Assembly: GCA_000091165.1 (NCBI GenBank)
Contig: FP565575.1
Span: forward strand, 2,190,001 to 2,222,000
Origin: Candidatus Methylomirabilis oxygeniifera
GTDB lineage: Bacteria; Methylomirabilota; Methylomirabilia; Methylomirabilales; Methylomirabilaceae
Reading direction: 5' to 3'
Length of the DNA: 32,000 nt
Below the pieces are notes generated by a model. The model made no database searches and had not been told where the DNA came from. It worked only from the letters and a program-made list of their open reading frames with translations. Of this stretch, positions 19,425 to 27,472 are shown piece after piece. The translations under genes and the position numbers were made by a program. Position 1 is the stretch's first letter. Each line of letters starts with the position of its first letter.

Positions 19425-20252
19425 TTACACGACATCGATAAACTCCAATGGGGGCGTCGACGGCAGTTCTCCCTCCGCCTCCAACAGCGTAAAAAATAGA
19501 TTGAGCCCCTCGATATGCCGTGGAGTCAGATCGAAGGAAAGACGCTCCTTCAGGTAGATCGCGCAGGCGTCCCGGTCGAGCCCAACTCGTTCACTGACCG
19601 CCTTGCAGATCTCATCAAGCTTGGCCAGGCTGTAGCGCTTGGAGTCGAGTAGGGCGCGATGAAGCCGATGGGTCTCCTCCCGATGATCGTGATACACATC
19701 CCGGCGGACCGCCCAGACGCCAAAGACAAACGGTAAACCCGTCAATTCCTTCCATCCCTGGCCCAAATCAAGGGTGAAGGGGAGTCGGCCCCTTGCCCGG
19801 AGCGCCGGATCACCGATCAACAAAACCCCGGCGACATCCTCCGGGAGCGAATCGATCGTCGCCGCCTCGGCGGGTAGAAACCGCGGTCTCACCCCGAACG
19901 CCTTTGCCAGCAGGAGCTTCACCAGGAACACCGATGTCAGGGAATCCCTGCTCAGGTGGACCGACCGTCCGTTCAGGTCGGATGGCTTCACCCGGCTCAG
20001 GAACAGGACACTTTCGGCCGGGCCATCCGAGCCGATCGCCAAGTCAGGGAGGATCAGATATCTGTCCGAATGGCGCGCATACTCGATGGCGGAGATCACC
20101 GATAGATCGAGATCTCCCGTCCGAAGCATACCGTTCAGTTCGGCAGGGGTCCCGTCAATAATCCGGCATGCCGCCGGAATCGCGCCCTGCTCGATCCCGT
20201 AATACACCGGCTCGCAATTAATATATGCGACCCTACCTAATGACAGTTCCAC
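19425..20252 (-). CDS. mqnA: Chorismate dehydratase (futalosine menaquinone pathway)
   Basis: LGRVAYINCEPVYYGIEQG, GTPAELNGMLRTGDLDLSVISAIEYARHSDRYLILPDLAIGSDGPAESVLFLSRV, HLSRDSLTSVFLVKLLL, LLIGDPALR. Confidence 0.92.
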   Translation of the reverse strand: MELSLGRVAYINCEPVYYGIEQGAIPAACRIIDGTPAELNGMLRTGDLDLSVISAIEYARHSDRYLILPDLAIGSDGPAESVLFLSRVKPSDLNGRSVHLSRDSLTSVFLVKLLLAKAFGVRPRFLPAEAATIDSLPEDVAGVLLIGDPALRARGRLPFTLDLGQGWKELTGLPFVFGVWAVRRDVYHDHREETHRLHRALLDSKRYSLAKLDEICKAVSERVGLDRDACAIYLKERLSFDLTPRHIEGLNLFFTLLEAEGELPSTPPLEFIDVV

Positions 20253-21514
20253 CGCGCGGTCCCCTCGCGTTGATACAGGATCTTGCCTTCCACCATACTC
20301 AAGACAACTGAGTCATCCGAGGCCTGATCAAGGAGTGATTCATACGGATCGACATCGTCGACGCGATCGATGGCCAGGGCAGTGAGGTCCGCCCGCTTAC
20401 CCGGCGCAAACGACCCGATGGTACCGGCCATCCCAAGCGCAGCGGCGCCGCCGAGCGTGGCCATTGTCACAAGCTGTTGCGCCGTGACCGCCTCGCCATA
20501 GAGCCGGTGCGCAAACTGCATCTCGTCCCAGAGGCTCAGCGTCTGATTGCTGGCCAACGAATCGGTCCCCAAACCGACCCGCAGTGATGCCGCCAGACAG
20601 CGGGGCAACGGCGCTGTCCCCACCTTCAAGTAATGATTGCTCCGAGGACAGACGGCCAACGCGACCCCTCGCTGTTTCAGTAACTGAAGATCGGAGATCC
20701 CGATATGAACCCCGTGTACAGCCGTCAGTCGATCCGACAGCAGGCCGGCTCGGTCGAGAAGTGCGATCGGGCTTTCGCCGCAGACCCGATGGGATGGCGA
20801 ATGCCGACCCACGGCAGGCAACAACGTGGTGGCAATCGGCCCGAGCCCTAACCCGATATATGCCACCTCCTCCGGCGATTCGGCCACGTGAATGGTCGCC
20901 GGCAGGCGCCGGCGCCGCAGCAGTTCGGCACAGCGCAGCAGGAGCGACTCGGACAGACTGTACGGTGCGTGAGGCGACAGACCGACCGACAGCAAGCTGT
21001 CGGTCGCTTGGAGTTGAAGTGACTGAAGGGCCTTCTCGGCTGTGTCCAACCGTTCTGTCGCCTGCTCGGGGTCGAGTCCCAGGATTTCCTGAAAGATAAT
21101 GCCCCTCAGCCCAGCCGCCTTAAGAGAGGCGACACTGCTGCCGGACGTCGTGATGTCGGCAACACAGGTGACGCCGCCTCGGAGCAGGGTCGTTGCGCCC
21201 AGGCGAGCCGACGCGGCGAAAAATTCGTCGTCCAACCCGGGGCGAAGATCGAGCAGGGAGATCGCCCATTCGGTAAACGATTTGCCGAAGGGAAGGCGGC
21301 CGTACAGCCCCGTTAATTCCAGGTGGGTATGCGCATTTACTAGGCCGGGAAGGAGGGCTGCGCGTCCCAGGTCGTCGTGAGGTTCTGTCGGAAAATCCCT
21401 GATGAGTGCAGACGCCTTATCCACCGCGCAGATCGTCCCATCGCGGATTAAGAGTCCGCCGTCCATAATGGGCGGGCTGGAAATCGGCAGCAGCAGACGA
21501 GCGGTCAGAATCAC
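20237..21514 (-). CDS. Amidohydrolase, probable aminodeoxyfutalosine deaminase
   Basis: ARLLLPISSPPIMDGGLLIRDGTI, ALLPGLVNAHTHLELTGL, LSVGLSPHAPYSLSESLL, VHIAESPEE, LGTDSLASN, GSFAPGKRADLTAL. It overlaps the mqnA start, supporting the futalosine pathway. Confidence 0.85.
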   Translation of the reverse strand: MILTARLLLPISSPPIMDGGLLIRDGTICAVDKASALIRDFPTEPHDDLGRAALLPGLVNAHTHLELTGLYGRLPFGKSFTEWAISLLDLRPGLDDEFFAASARLGATTLLRGGVTCVADITTSGSSVASLKAAGLRGIIFQEILGLDPEQATERLDTAEKALQSLQLQATDSLLSVGLSPHAPYSLSESLLLRCAELLRRRRLPATIHVAESPEEVAYIGLGLGPIATTLLPAVGRHSPSHRVCGESPIALLDRAGLLSDRLTAVHGVHIGISDLQLLKQRGVALAVCPRSNHYLKVGTAPLPRCLAASLRVGLGTDSLASNQTLSLWDEMQFAHRLYGEAVTAQQLVTMATLGGAAALGMAGTIGSFAPGKRADLTALAIDRVDDVDPYESLLDQASDDSVVLSMVEGKILYQREGTARWNCH

Positions 21515-21531
21515 GGTACGCTTTTCAGGTA

Positions 21532-22143
21532 TCAGCTATCAACTGACCGCTGAGGGCTGCATCGCTGTCGCCTGACCGCCTCGGCTTGCTCCAACTCCAG
21601 CGGGGTATTGACGTTGATGAACCCGAACAGATACGGGTCCAGCGCCCTGAGGGCCGGCTCCTCGATGATTTTCACCTTGGCCTTCGGGAAGAACCGGGCA
21701 ATCTTCAGCACTGACGCGTCGATGGACTCTTTCATGAGCGGAAGGCACGACTTGGCGTATACGGCATGCAGCGGTTGTAGCTCGCCTTTCACGCGCGGCA
21801 CGACTGCATCCCAACCTTCGGCCTCGCGGACCAGAAACTTGATCAGTTCGGCGTTGAGAAAAGGCATGTCGCAGGCAACGAAGAAACAGGCAGGGTAACT
21901 CGCAACGCTCAGCCCCGTATAGATCCCCCCGAGCGAACCGGAGTCAGGGATCAGGTCTGAGACAACCTTGACACCAAGATACGCGTACAGCGGCGGGTCA
22001 TTTGCAATAATCAGAACCTCCGGGAAGAGCGCCTTCAGACAGTCCACCGTCGTCTCGATCAGCCGCTTGCTCCCGAATTCGATAAACGCCTTATTGGCAC
22101 CCATCCGCGAGGACTTACCGCCCGCCAGCACAATACCCGTCAC
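21532..22143 (-). CDS. mobA: Molybdenum cofactor guanylyltransferase
   Basis: MTGIVLAGGKSSRMGANKAFIEFGSKRLIE, YPACFFVACDMPFLNAELIKFLV, FINVNTPLELEQAE. Confidence 0.92.
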   Translation of the reverse strand: MTGIVLAGGKSSRMGANKAFIEFGSKRLIETTVDCLKALFPEVLIIANDPPLYAYLGVKVVSDLIPDSGSLGGIYTGLSVASYPACFFVACDMPFLNAELIKFLVREAEGWDAVVPRVKGELQPLHAVYAKSCLPLMKESIDASVLKIARFFPKAKVKIIEEPALRALDPYLFGFINVNTPLELEQAEAVRRQRCSPQRSVDS

Positions 22144-22145
22144 CG

Positions 22146-22592
22146 TCAGGCTTCGTCCTCTGCTTCTACTTCCACAGGCTCTTCCAGGGTCTCAAGGTCG
22201 GTCACCTCCAGTTTCTCGATCTCCTCACCCGACTCAGCGAGTAACTCCACCGGGTTTTCCTCCGGCTCGATCCCCTCCTTTTCCTCTTCTTCCCTTTCGG
22301 TGAGTTCCTCCTCGCCAAGGGTGTCTCCGACGGAGAGACTCCGGAACCAGGTAGCCCCCGCCTCCGGGCCTACCAATTCCACTGCCGCCGCACCCTCTGC
22401 GGCTTTCATCTCATACGCCAGCTTTCCGGCGCCTATTTCCTCCAGGGCAATATACGTCGCCTTATTGCTCTTCGCAGCAATCAGGTGCTCGGCGCCGCGC
22501 ATCACCTGCTTCGCGCGCTTGGCAGCGATAATTACCAGGCGATATTTGCTGTCTACATGCGTCAGGAGTTGTTCCAACGGGAAAAGCGGCAT
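22146..22592 (-). CDS. rpoZ: DNA-directed RNA polymerase omega subunit with long acidic C-terminal tail
   Basis: PLEQLLTHVDSKYRLVIIAAKRAKQVMRGAEHLIAAKSNKATYIALEEIGAGKLAYE is the omega fold. It is adjacent to gmk and followed by a highly acidic ~55 aa tail. Confidence 0.88.
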   Translation of the reverse strand: MPLFPLEQLLTHVDSKYRLVIIAAKRAKQVMRGAEHLIAAKSNKATYIALEEIGAGKLAYEMKAAEGAAAVELVGPEAGATWFRSLSVGDTLGEEELTEREEEEKEGIEPEENPVELLAESGEEIEKLEVTDLETLEEPVEVEAEDEA

Positions 22593-22610
22593 ACTTCAAT
22601 CCTCCCCACC

Positions 22611-23219
22611 TCAGTCGATTCCCATATCCAGAAAGGAGAGATCTACTCGATCTCTTCGGGATCGTTCGGCGGTGATAATGCAGCAAAGCTGCTTGACGGC
22701 CTTTTCAAAAATATCGTTCACGACAATATACTGGTAATCCCGGTAGTGATACAGTTCCTCTCTGGCCATGGCAAGGCGCCTTCGGATCGCCTCCTCCGAG
22801 TCGGTCCGCCGCTGTCGGAGCCGAGTTTCCAGGAGATCCAAGGCAGGAGGGACGACAAACACAAACACCCCCGCCTGGTAGTCCTGTCTCAGCCTGGCTG
22901 CCCCCTGCGTGTCGATATCAAGGATCACATCAAGACCTTCCGCGAACTGCTTCTCCAACAACGAGCGACTGGTTCCATAGAGGTGGCCGTGTACGTGGGC
23001 CCACTCCGCGAATTCGCCCGTCTCGATCATCTTTCGGAAGGCGGGTTCGTTCACAAAGTGATAGTCTCGTCCGTCCTGCTCGTCCGGCCGCGGCGCGCGG
23101 GTCGTAAAAGAGACCGAGTGAACCAGACGGGGCAGCCGCTGTGCGGCCTCCTTACACAACGAGGTCTTTCCGGCCCCGGAGGGGGCCGATACGACCACCA
23201 TCAACCGCTGCCGATTCAT
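22611..23219 (-). CDS. gmk: Guanylate kinase
   Basis: [113 protein letters not shown]. Confidence 0.97.
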   Translation of the reverse strand: MNRQRLMVVVSAPSGAGKTSLCKEAAQRLPRLVHSVSFTTRAPRPDEQDGRDYHFVNEPAFRKMIETGEFAEWAHVHGHLYGTSRSLLEKQFAEGLDVILDIDTQGAARLRQDYQAGVFVFVVPPALDLLETRLRQRRTDSEEAIRRRLAMAREELYHYRDYQYIVVNDIFEKAVKQLCCIITAERSRRDRVDLSFLDMGID

Positions 23220-23500
23220 TCTGTTCGCGAGCCCCTACCCGGCCGATCGGACAGCGCATCGGCTTCGAACCGCTGAGCTATCGTCTCGGTTTGAATGGCC
23301 GACAGCACGACGTGGTCGCTATCGGTCACGATGATGGACCGGGTACGCCTGCCGTTGGTTGCATCAACCAGCTTGCCGGCCTGCTTGGCCTCATCTTTCA
23401 GGCGCTTCATTGGGGCCGAACCGGGATCGACGATGGCAATGACCCTGGCAACCGCCACCATATTTCCGAACCCTACATTCAGCAGCTTTGCGGTCATCAT
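23216..23500 (-). CDS. RemA/DUF370-family regulatory protein
   Basis: [74 protein letters not shown] matches the RemA/YlzA family. It sits between yicC-type and gmk genes. Confidence 0.92.
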   Translation of the reverse strand: MMTAKLLNVGFGNMVAVARVIAIVDPGSAPMKRLKDEAKQAGKLVDATNGRRTRSIIVTDSDHVVLSAIQTETIAQRFEADALSDRPGRGSRTE

Positions 23501-23512
23501 GTTCGTCCCTTC

Positions 23513-24394
23513 TTACTCAACGTTCTGGACCTGCTCCCGGAGCTGTTCCAGAACGCTTTTTAATGTGATGACGTCGTGCGAGGTCCTGGCATCGCTCGCC
23601 TTGGCGCCGATGGTGTTGACCTCACGTAGCATCTCTTGCAAGAGAAACTCCATCCGCCGGCCGTGCGGACCCTGTTGTCGGATGAGGTCCCGGAACTGTT
23701 GAAGATGGCTTGCGACCCTCGTCGTCTCTTCCGCTATATCCGAACGCTCAGCCAGGATTGCCACCTCCTGCTCGAGCCGCCCGGGATCGAGCGGTTTCCC
23801 ATCCAGCAGGCGCTGGAGCCGAAGCTCCAGACGACTCTTGTAGCTCTGCACGACTTCCGGCGCGCGGGCAACGATCGTCGCTAAGGTCGCCTCGACCAGG
23901 TCCAGATGGCCGAGCAGAGCGACCTCGAGTGCTCTGCCTTCCTCTCGTCGCATCTTGGCGAGGGCGCTCATCGCCCCCTCAAGCGCAGCCGAAACCGCCG
24001 GCCAGTCGGCATCCGCCTCTCCCGATTTCTCTCCCTCCAGATCAAACAGGTCCGATCGTGACAGCAACAGCTCCAACGTGACCTCTCCCGCAAGGCCGAG
24101 TTCCGACTGGAGCGTCTTGACCGCATCGAGATACGCGCGCGCCAATGGACGATTCACGCGGAGCGTGCAGGACTGCTCACCCGTCAACTCCTCGAGCACC
24201 GTCACGTCAAACCGTCCTCGCGCAAAGCGTCCTTGCAGGCTCTTCAGAACCGGCAACTCCAAAGCACCAAGCCGCTTCGGGAGCCGGGTGCGAGTCTCCA
24301 GATACCGATGATTCACCGACTGCAGTTCGCAGACGTATCGCCTCAAGGAGGTGATACACTCCCCTTGCCCGAACCCAGTCATACTGTTCAGCAT
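23513..24394 (-). CDS. YicC/YloC-family endoribonuclease
   Basis: MLNSMTGFGQGE, LQSVNHRYLETRTRLPKRL, RGRFDVTV, RLEQEVAILAERSDIAEETTRVASHLQQF, GRRMEFLLQEMLREVNTIGAKASD. Confidence 0.95.
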   Translation of the reverse strand: MLNSMTGFGQGECITSLRRYVCELQSVNHRYLETRTRLPKRLGALELPVLKSLQGRFARGRFDVTVLEELTGEQSCTLRVNRPLARAYLDAVKTLQSELGLAGEVTLELLLSRSDLFDLEGEKSGEADADWPAVSAALEGAMSALAKMRREEGRALEVALLGHLDLVEATLATIVARAPEVVQSYKSRLELRLQRLLDGKPLDPGRLEQEVAILAERSDIAEETTRVASHLQQFRDLIRQQGPHGRRMEFLLQEMLREVNTIGAKASDARTSHDVITLKSVLEQLREQVQNVE

Positions 24395-24618
24395 CTCGTC
24401 ATGACCTCGGTGACATTGGCATGAGGGTTGCCACTTTCCAGATGGGTGGGCGCAACGAGGGACCGCACGGAGATCTCCTAACGTCTTAATCTAGCGATAA
24501 TCGGCAGATCTGTCAAATCAAATCCTCAACGTAACTACTCAGGTAGAAAGGCTGAAGGCTGTTAAGGGTAAGAACCAGGCCTGAGTAGCTGCTCCTCGAC
24601 AACATGCCACCCCCCGGC

Positions 24619-26253
24619 TCATGTCTGACCCTTGGCGTCCTCTTCGGGCGAGGGCCCGCCTTCACCTCCATAGCCTCGCTCAACCAGGTGCTTCTCAATA
24701 TCTTCTTTCGCAAAGCCGATTCGTTGAGCGACCTTATGGGCATGACTGATCCGTGAGATCCCATCGATCAGTCGATGGGTAGGAGAACCATGGACAAACT
24801 CTGCCTGACGATAGAGGCCGACATCTCGTGTTCGAAACTGCTCCGCCAGCTCGTAATTATGGGTGACAAGCAACGTATTGTTACCGACTTGGTAAAATCC
24901 ACCGAGGATCGTATGGGAGATTTCCAACTTTTCCTGATAGGTAGTTCCTTCCGCCAGTTCATCCAGAATGACCAGGCTTCTGGGCGACGATGCGAAAAAG
25001 ATGGCCTTCGTGCGCTGTAACTCCGTTCCGAACCTCCCCTCGCGATCGACCAGCGAGTTACTTTCCGGAACCTGATAGAAGATCCGATCAGCCACTGAGA
25101 GTTGCGCCCGTTCGGCAGGCACATAACAACCGATCTGCGCCAGCAGTTGTGCCTGGGCAATGGTCTTGCAAAAAGCGGTTTTTCCACCCCCGTTGGGGCC
25201 GGTCACAAACGTTAATTTCACCCCGTTCAGGTTGATATCGTTGGGTACGTACTCGGCATTTCCCTTCCCCAGGATAGGGTTTCTAACTCGCTCCAGAACC
25301 ATAGCATGCCGATCCGAATCAATCAGCGAAGGCAGTACGGTCGGGCCGCCGAAGGCCTTGGCGTAGCAGTGGAAGGACAGCAATTCATCGATCTGTCCCA
25401 ATGCCTCTAACGCCTGATGAACATCTCGTGAGTCTCTATAGCCGTCTCGCAATGGATAGATAATGTTGTCTCGATCAAACCCTCCAATGAGAGGTCCGTA
25501 CAGCATGAATGAAGGGAGCAAGAACACCATCACGGCCGGCATCGCCGCGCGGGCTATCCCAAGAGTGGGAGCGTAATGCAGGAAGAGACCCATCGCAATC
25601 ACGAGCGCAACGATCAATCGCGGCTTGAAGAGAGTTGGTCTGAATTTGATGGCTGGGGTCAACAGCCACTTTTCAGCCTTCGTTTTGATGGCCCTCTCCG
25701 TCAGGTAGGCAGGGCCTTTCATTAAGGTATGCGATCGTGTGGAACCGAACGCCTTCAGCGTATCGAGGCGCGCGCGAAGATAGGGGCTTTCTGGTGTCGG
25801 CAGGCCGTGAGCGCCCTTCACGAGACCGAGCATGAGCTCCGTTCCTTGCCGATACGTTTTATGCCCATACCCCCCTGTCTCCATCTTTCCCCGGGGATCC
25901 CCGAGGGTGCCGACAAAGGTTCCAAACAACAGGCGGTAAAATTCCTCCTCGTGTTTTGCGGCCTGCTGTACCAGCGCTTCGATTCGCGCTCTCAGATCGG
26001 CGTTCGAGTCCAGTTCTTTGAGCGCGTCCTGTTTGGCCGTGATGGTCTCGATCGAACTCAAGGGATGGGCTAACGAGCGGTAGAGCGTGGCTTGCCCGGC
26101 GATGGTACCGGCGTAATTGACGGCGTCAAAGAGTCGACCAACTTCTATCGCGTTGAACGTGCTCTCATCAAGCACGCCTTCCCCTGTTTTCGCCGCTGTA
26201 GTCGAGCGAACCGACAGTTCCCTGCCGATGGCTTTTAGAAGAGGTTCGGACAT
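24619..26253 (-). CDS. MutS-like ATPase with a central predicted transmembrane segment (orphan MutS-family protein)
   Basis: Walker A VTGPNGGGKTAFCKTIAQAQLLAQIG, Walker B/signature SLVILDELAEGTTYQEKLEIS, LLVTHNYELAEQ. No N-terminal mismatch-binding motif. Hydrophobic span PRLIVALVIAMGLFLHYAP..AAMPAVMVFLLPSFMLYGPLIGG. Confidence 0.85.
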   Translation of the reverse strand: MSEPLLKAIGRELSVRSTTAAKTGEGVLDESTFNAIEVGRLFDAVNYAGTIAGQATLYRSLAHPLSSIETITAKQDALKELDSNADLRARIEALVQQAAKHEEEFYRLLFGTFVGTLGDPRGKMETGGYGHKTYRQGTELMLGLVKGAHGLPTPESPYLRARLDTLKAFGSTRSHTLMKGPAYLTERAIKTKAEKWLLTPAIKFRPTLFKPRLIVALVIAMGLFLHYAPTLGIARAAMPAVMVFLLPSFMLYGPLIGGFDRDNIIYPLRDGYRDSRDVHQALEALGQIDELLSFHCYAKAFGGPTVLPSLIDSDRHAMVLERVRNPILGKGNAEYVPNDINLNGVKLTFVTGPNGGGKTAFCKTIAQAQLLAQIGCYVPAERAQLSVADRIFYQVPESNSLVDREGRFGTELQRTKAIFFASSPRSLVILDELAEGTTYQEKLEISHTILGGFYQVGNNTLLVTHNYELAEQFRTRDVGLYRQAEFVHGSPTHRLIDGISRISHAHKVAQRIGFAKEDIEKHLVERGYGGEGGPSPEEDAKGQT

Positions 26254-26385
26254 TCATACACTCCTATCGAAGACGTCACTACTACAATAGCATCTTCTGC
26301 TCTCTAATGGCTAGTCCTGTGGTTGCACCCTTCCGGGTCAAACTCTCATCGATTTGTCCAGCCATCTGATCACGGTGCAGGCGGT

Positions 26386-26497
26386 CGTCCGCATTCATAC
26401 AAATTTCTTGTTAAGTGCCGAAGAAGGTTATAGAGTTTGGGCCAGCTTCAAGAACGGCTGGTCGAGATTGACTGATCAGCTTATATGATAGTCGGAC
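26386..26497 (+). repeat. Copy A of a ~112-bp imperfect direct repeat
   Basis: cgtccgcattcatacaaatttcttgttaagtgccgaagaaggttatagagtttgggccagcttcaagaacggctggtcgagattgactgatcagcttatatgatagtcggac. Ungapped hand alignment to copy B gives about 95/112 matches. Confidence 0.95.
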
Positions 26498-26510
26498 TCT
26501 GCAGACCTTG

Positions 26511-26538
26511 TTAGCATCGTATGCAAAGCGTATGCTAA
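26511..26538. promoter_or_regulatory. Inverted repeat upstream of the brnT-like gene, candidate operator
   Basis: TTAGCAT (26511-26517) and ATGCTAA (26532-26538) arms, plus internal direct repeats GTATGC/GTATGC, about 25 nt before the start codon. Confidence 0.45.
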
Positions 26539-26562
26539 GGGGAGATTTCTGGAGGGTATCTA

Positions 26563-26850
26563 TTGCGGATTACTGAAATCATCTGGAAAGAACGTGTGGT
26601 TGAGAAGATCGCGGGGAAGCATGGTGTGTCAGTTGCAGAGGTGGAAGAGGCACTTCTTTCCAGCCCCGTGGTCAGGAAGATGGTTAAAGGACGCGTCCAT
26701 GGGGAGGACCTGTACGCGGCTCTGGCTCAGATCAGTAGTGGGAGATATTTGATCGTCTTCTTCATTAACAAGAAGCGCGGCATGGCGCTGCCGATCTCGG
26801 CGCGTGACATGGACCGCGCGGAGAGAAACTATTATGGCGGACACAAATAA
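26563..26850 (+). CDS. BrnT-family toxin-like protein (TTG start)
   Basis: VVEKIAGKHGVSVAEVEEALLSSPVVRKMVKGRVHGEDLYAALAQISSGRYLIVFFINKKRGMALPISARDMDRAERNYY matches the BrnT/DUF497-like C-terminal ISARDMxRxERxYY. Confidence 0.72.
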   Translation: MRITEIIWKERVVEKIAGKHGVSVAEVEEALLSSPVVRKMVKGRVHGEDLYAALAQISSGRYLIVFFINKKRGMALPISARDMDRAERNYYGGHK

Positions 26851-27103
26851 GCGCGTAGACCCCCTGCCGGAGGAGTTTAGGTCGGAGGAGGAGGCTGCCG
26901 AGTTCTGGAACACCCACAGCATCACCGACTATGAGGAATTCCTGGAGCCTGTCGGTCTCGAAGTGGACCTCAAGAGGCGACACTTCGAGATAGAAGTGGA
27001 TGAGGAGAGCTTCTTGGTGTTGCGCGACAGGGCCAAGAAGCTCCAGAAGCCGGCAAAGGAACTCGCGAGCGAAATCCTCAAGCAGAAACTCGCGACGGTT
27101 TGA
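26834..27103 (+). CDS. BrnA/CopG-type antitoxin-like protein
   Basis: LPEEFRSEEEAAEFWNTHSITDYEEFLEPV...IEVDEESFLVLRDRAKKLQKPAKELASEILKQKL. The EAAEFWxTHsxTDY motif is typical of CopG antitoxins. It overlaps the toxin ORF. Confidence 0.8.
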   Translation: MADTNKRVDPLPEEFRSEEEAAEFWNTHSITDYEEFLEPVGLEVDLKRRHFEIEVDEESFLVLRDRAKKLQKPAKELASEILKQKLATV

Positions 27104-27138
27104 GGGCGTTTGAATAGGCTGATTTGGGATGATCCGAC

Positions 27139-27250
27139 ATGGAGTCAGGTGACTGGGCGGTCCATGAGCTGCTCGGCCATCGCGATGTCAGCACTACAAT
27201 GATTTACGCCCACGTTTTGAACCGAGGTGCAGGGAAGTCCACAGCCCAGT
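27139..27250 (+). pseudogene. C-terminal remnant of a tyrosine recombinase of the integron-integrase/Xer type
   Basis: DWAVHELLGHRDVSTTMIYAHVLNRGAGK matches the conserved ELLGHxDVSTTMIYTHVLNRG C-terminus, including the HxxxxTxxxYxH catalytic Tyr. No upstream R/H-R catalytic region is present, and coding sense is lost after the motif. Confidence 0.8.
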
Positions 27251-27326
27251 CGATAGACTCGGAGTGGGCTTGGGCGGTCAGCAATCGGAAAATTGGAGAG
27301 GCTAACATAAGTGCAGCGTGTGCCAT

Positions 27327-27438
27327 CGTCCGCATTCGGGCAAATTGCTTGTTAAGCGCTCGAGATGGTTATAGAGTTTAGGCCAGCTTCAAGAACGACT
27401 GGTCGAGATGGACCGATCAGCTTACATGATGGTTAGAC
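27327..27438 (+). repeat. Copy B of the ~112-bp imperfect direct repeat
   Basis: cgtccgcattcgggcaaattgcttgttaagcgctcgagatggttatagagtttaggccagcttcaagaacgactggtcgagatggaccgatcagcttacatgatggttagac. It ends with GTTAGAC. Confidence 0.95.
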
Positions 27439-27472
27439 GCACGTTGAGCAAGCGAAAGCGAGATAGCGTGGA

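Noticed and set aside
24768-25187. Long antisense and alternative-frame ORFs (e.g. 24768-25187 -, 29372-30388 +, 31010-31534 +, 18969-22303 overlapping set)
   Set aside because: They overlap well-supported genes in other frames and have low-complexity Arg/Pro/Ser-rich translations typical of GC-rich shadow ORFs.
26386-27438. Repeat pair as a CRISPR array or as IS element terminal repeats
   Set aside because: Only two copies about 830 bp apart, in direct orientation and imperfect. There are no spacers and no transposase between them.
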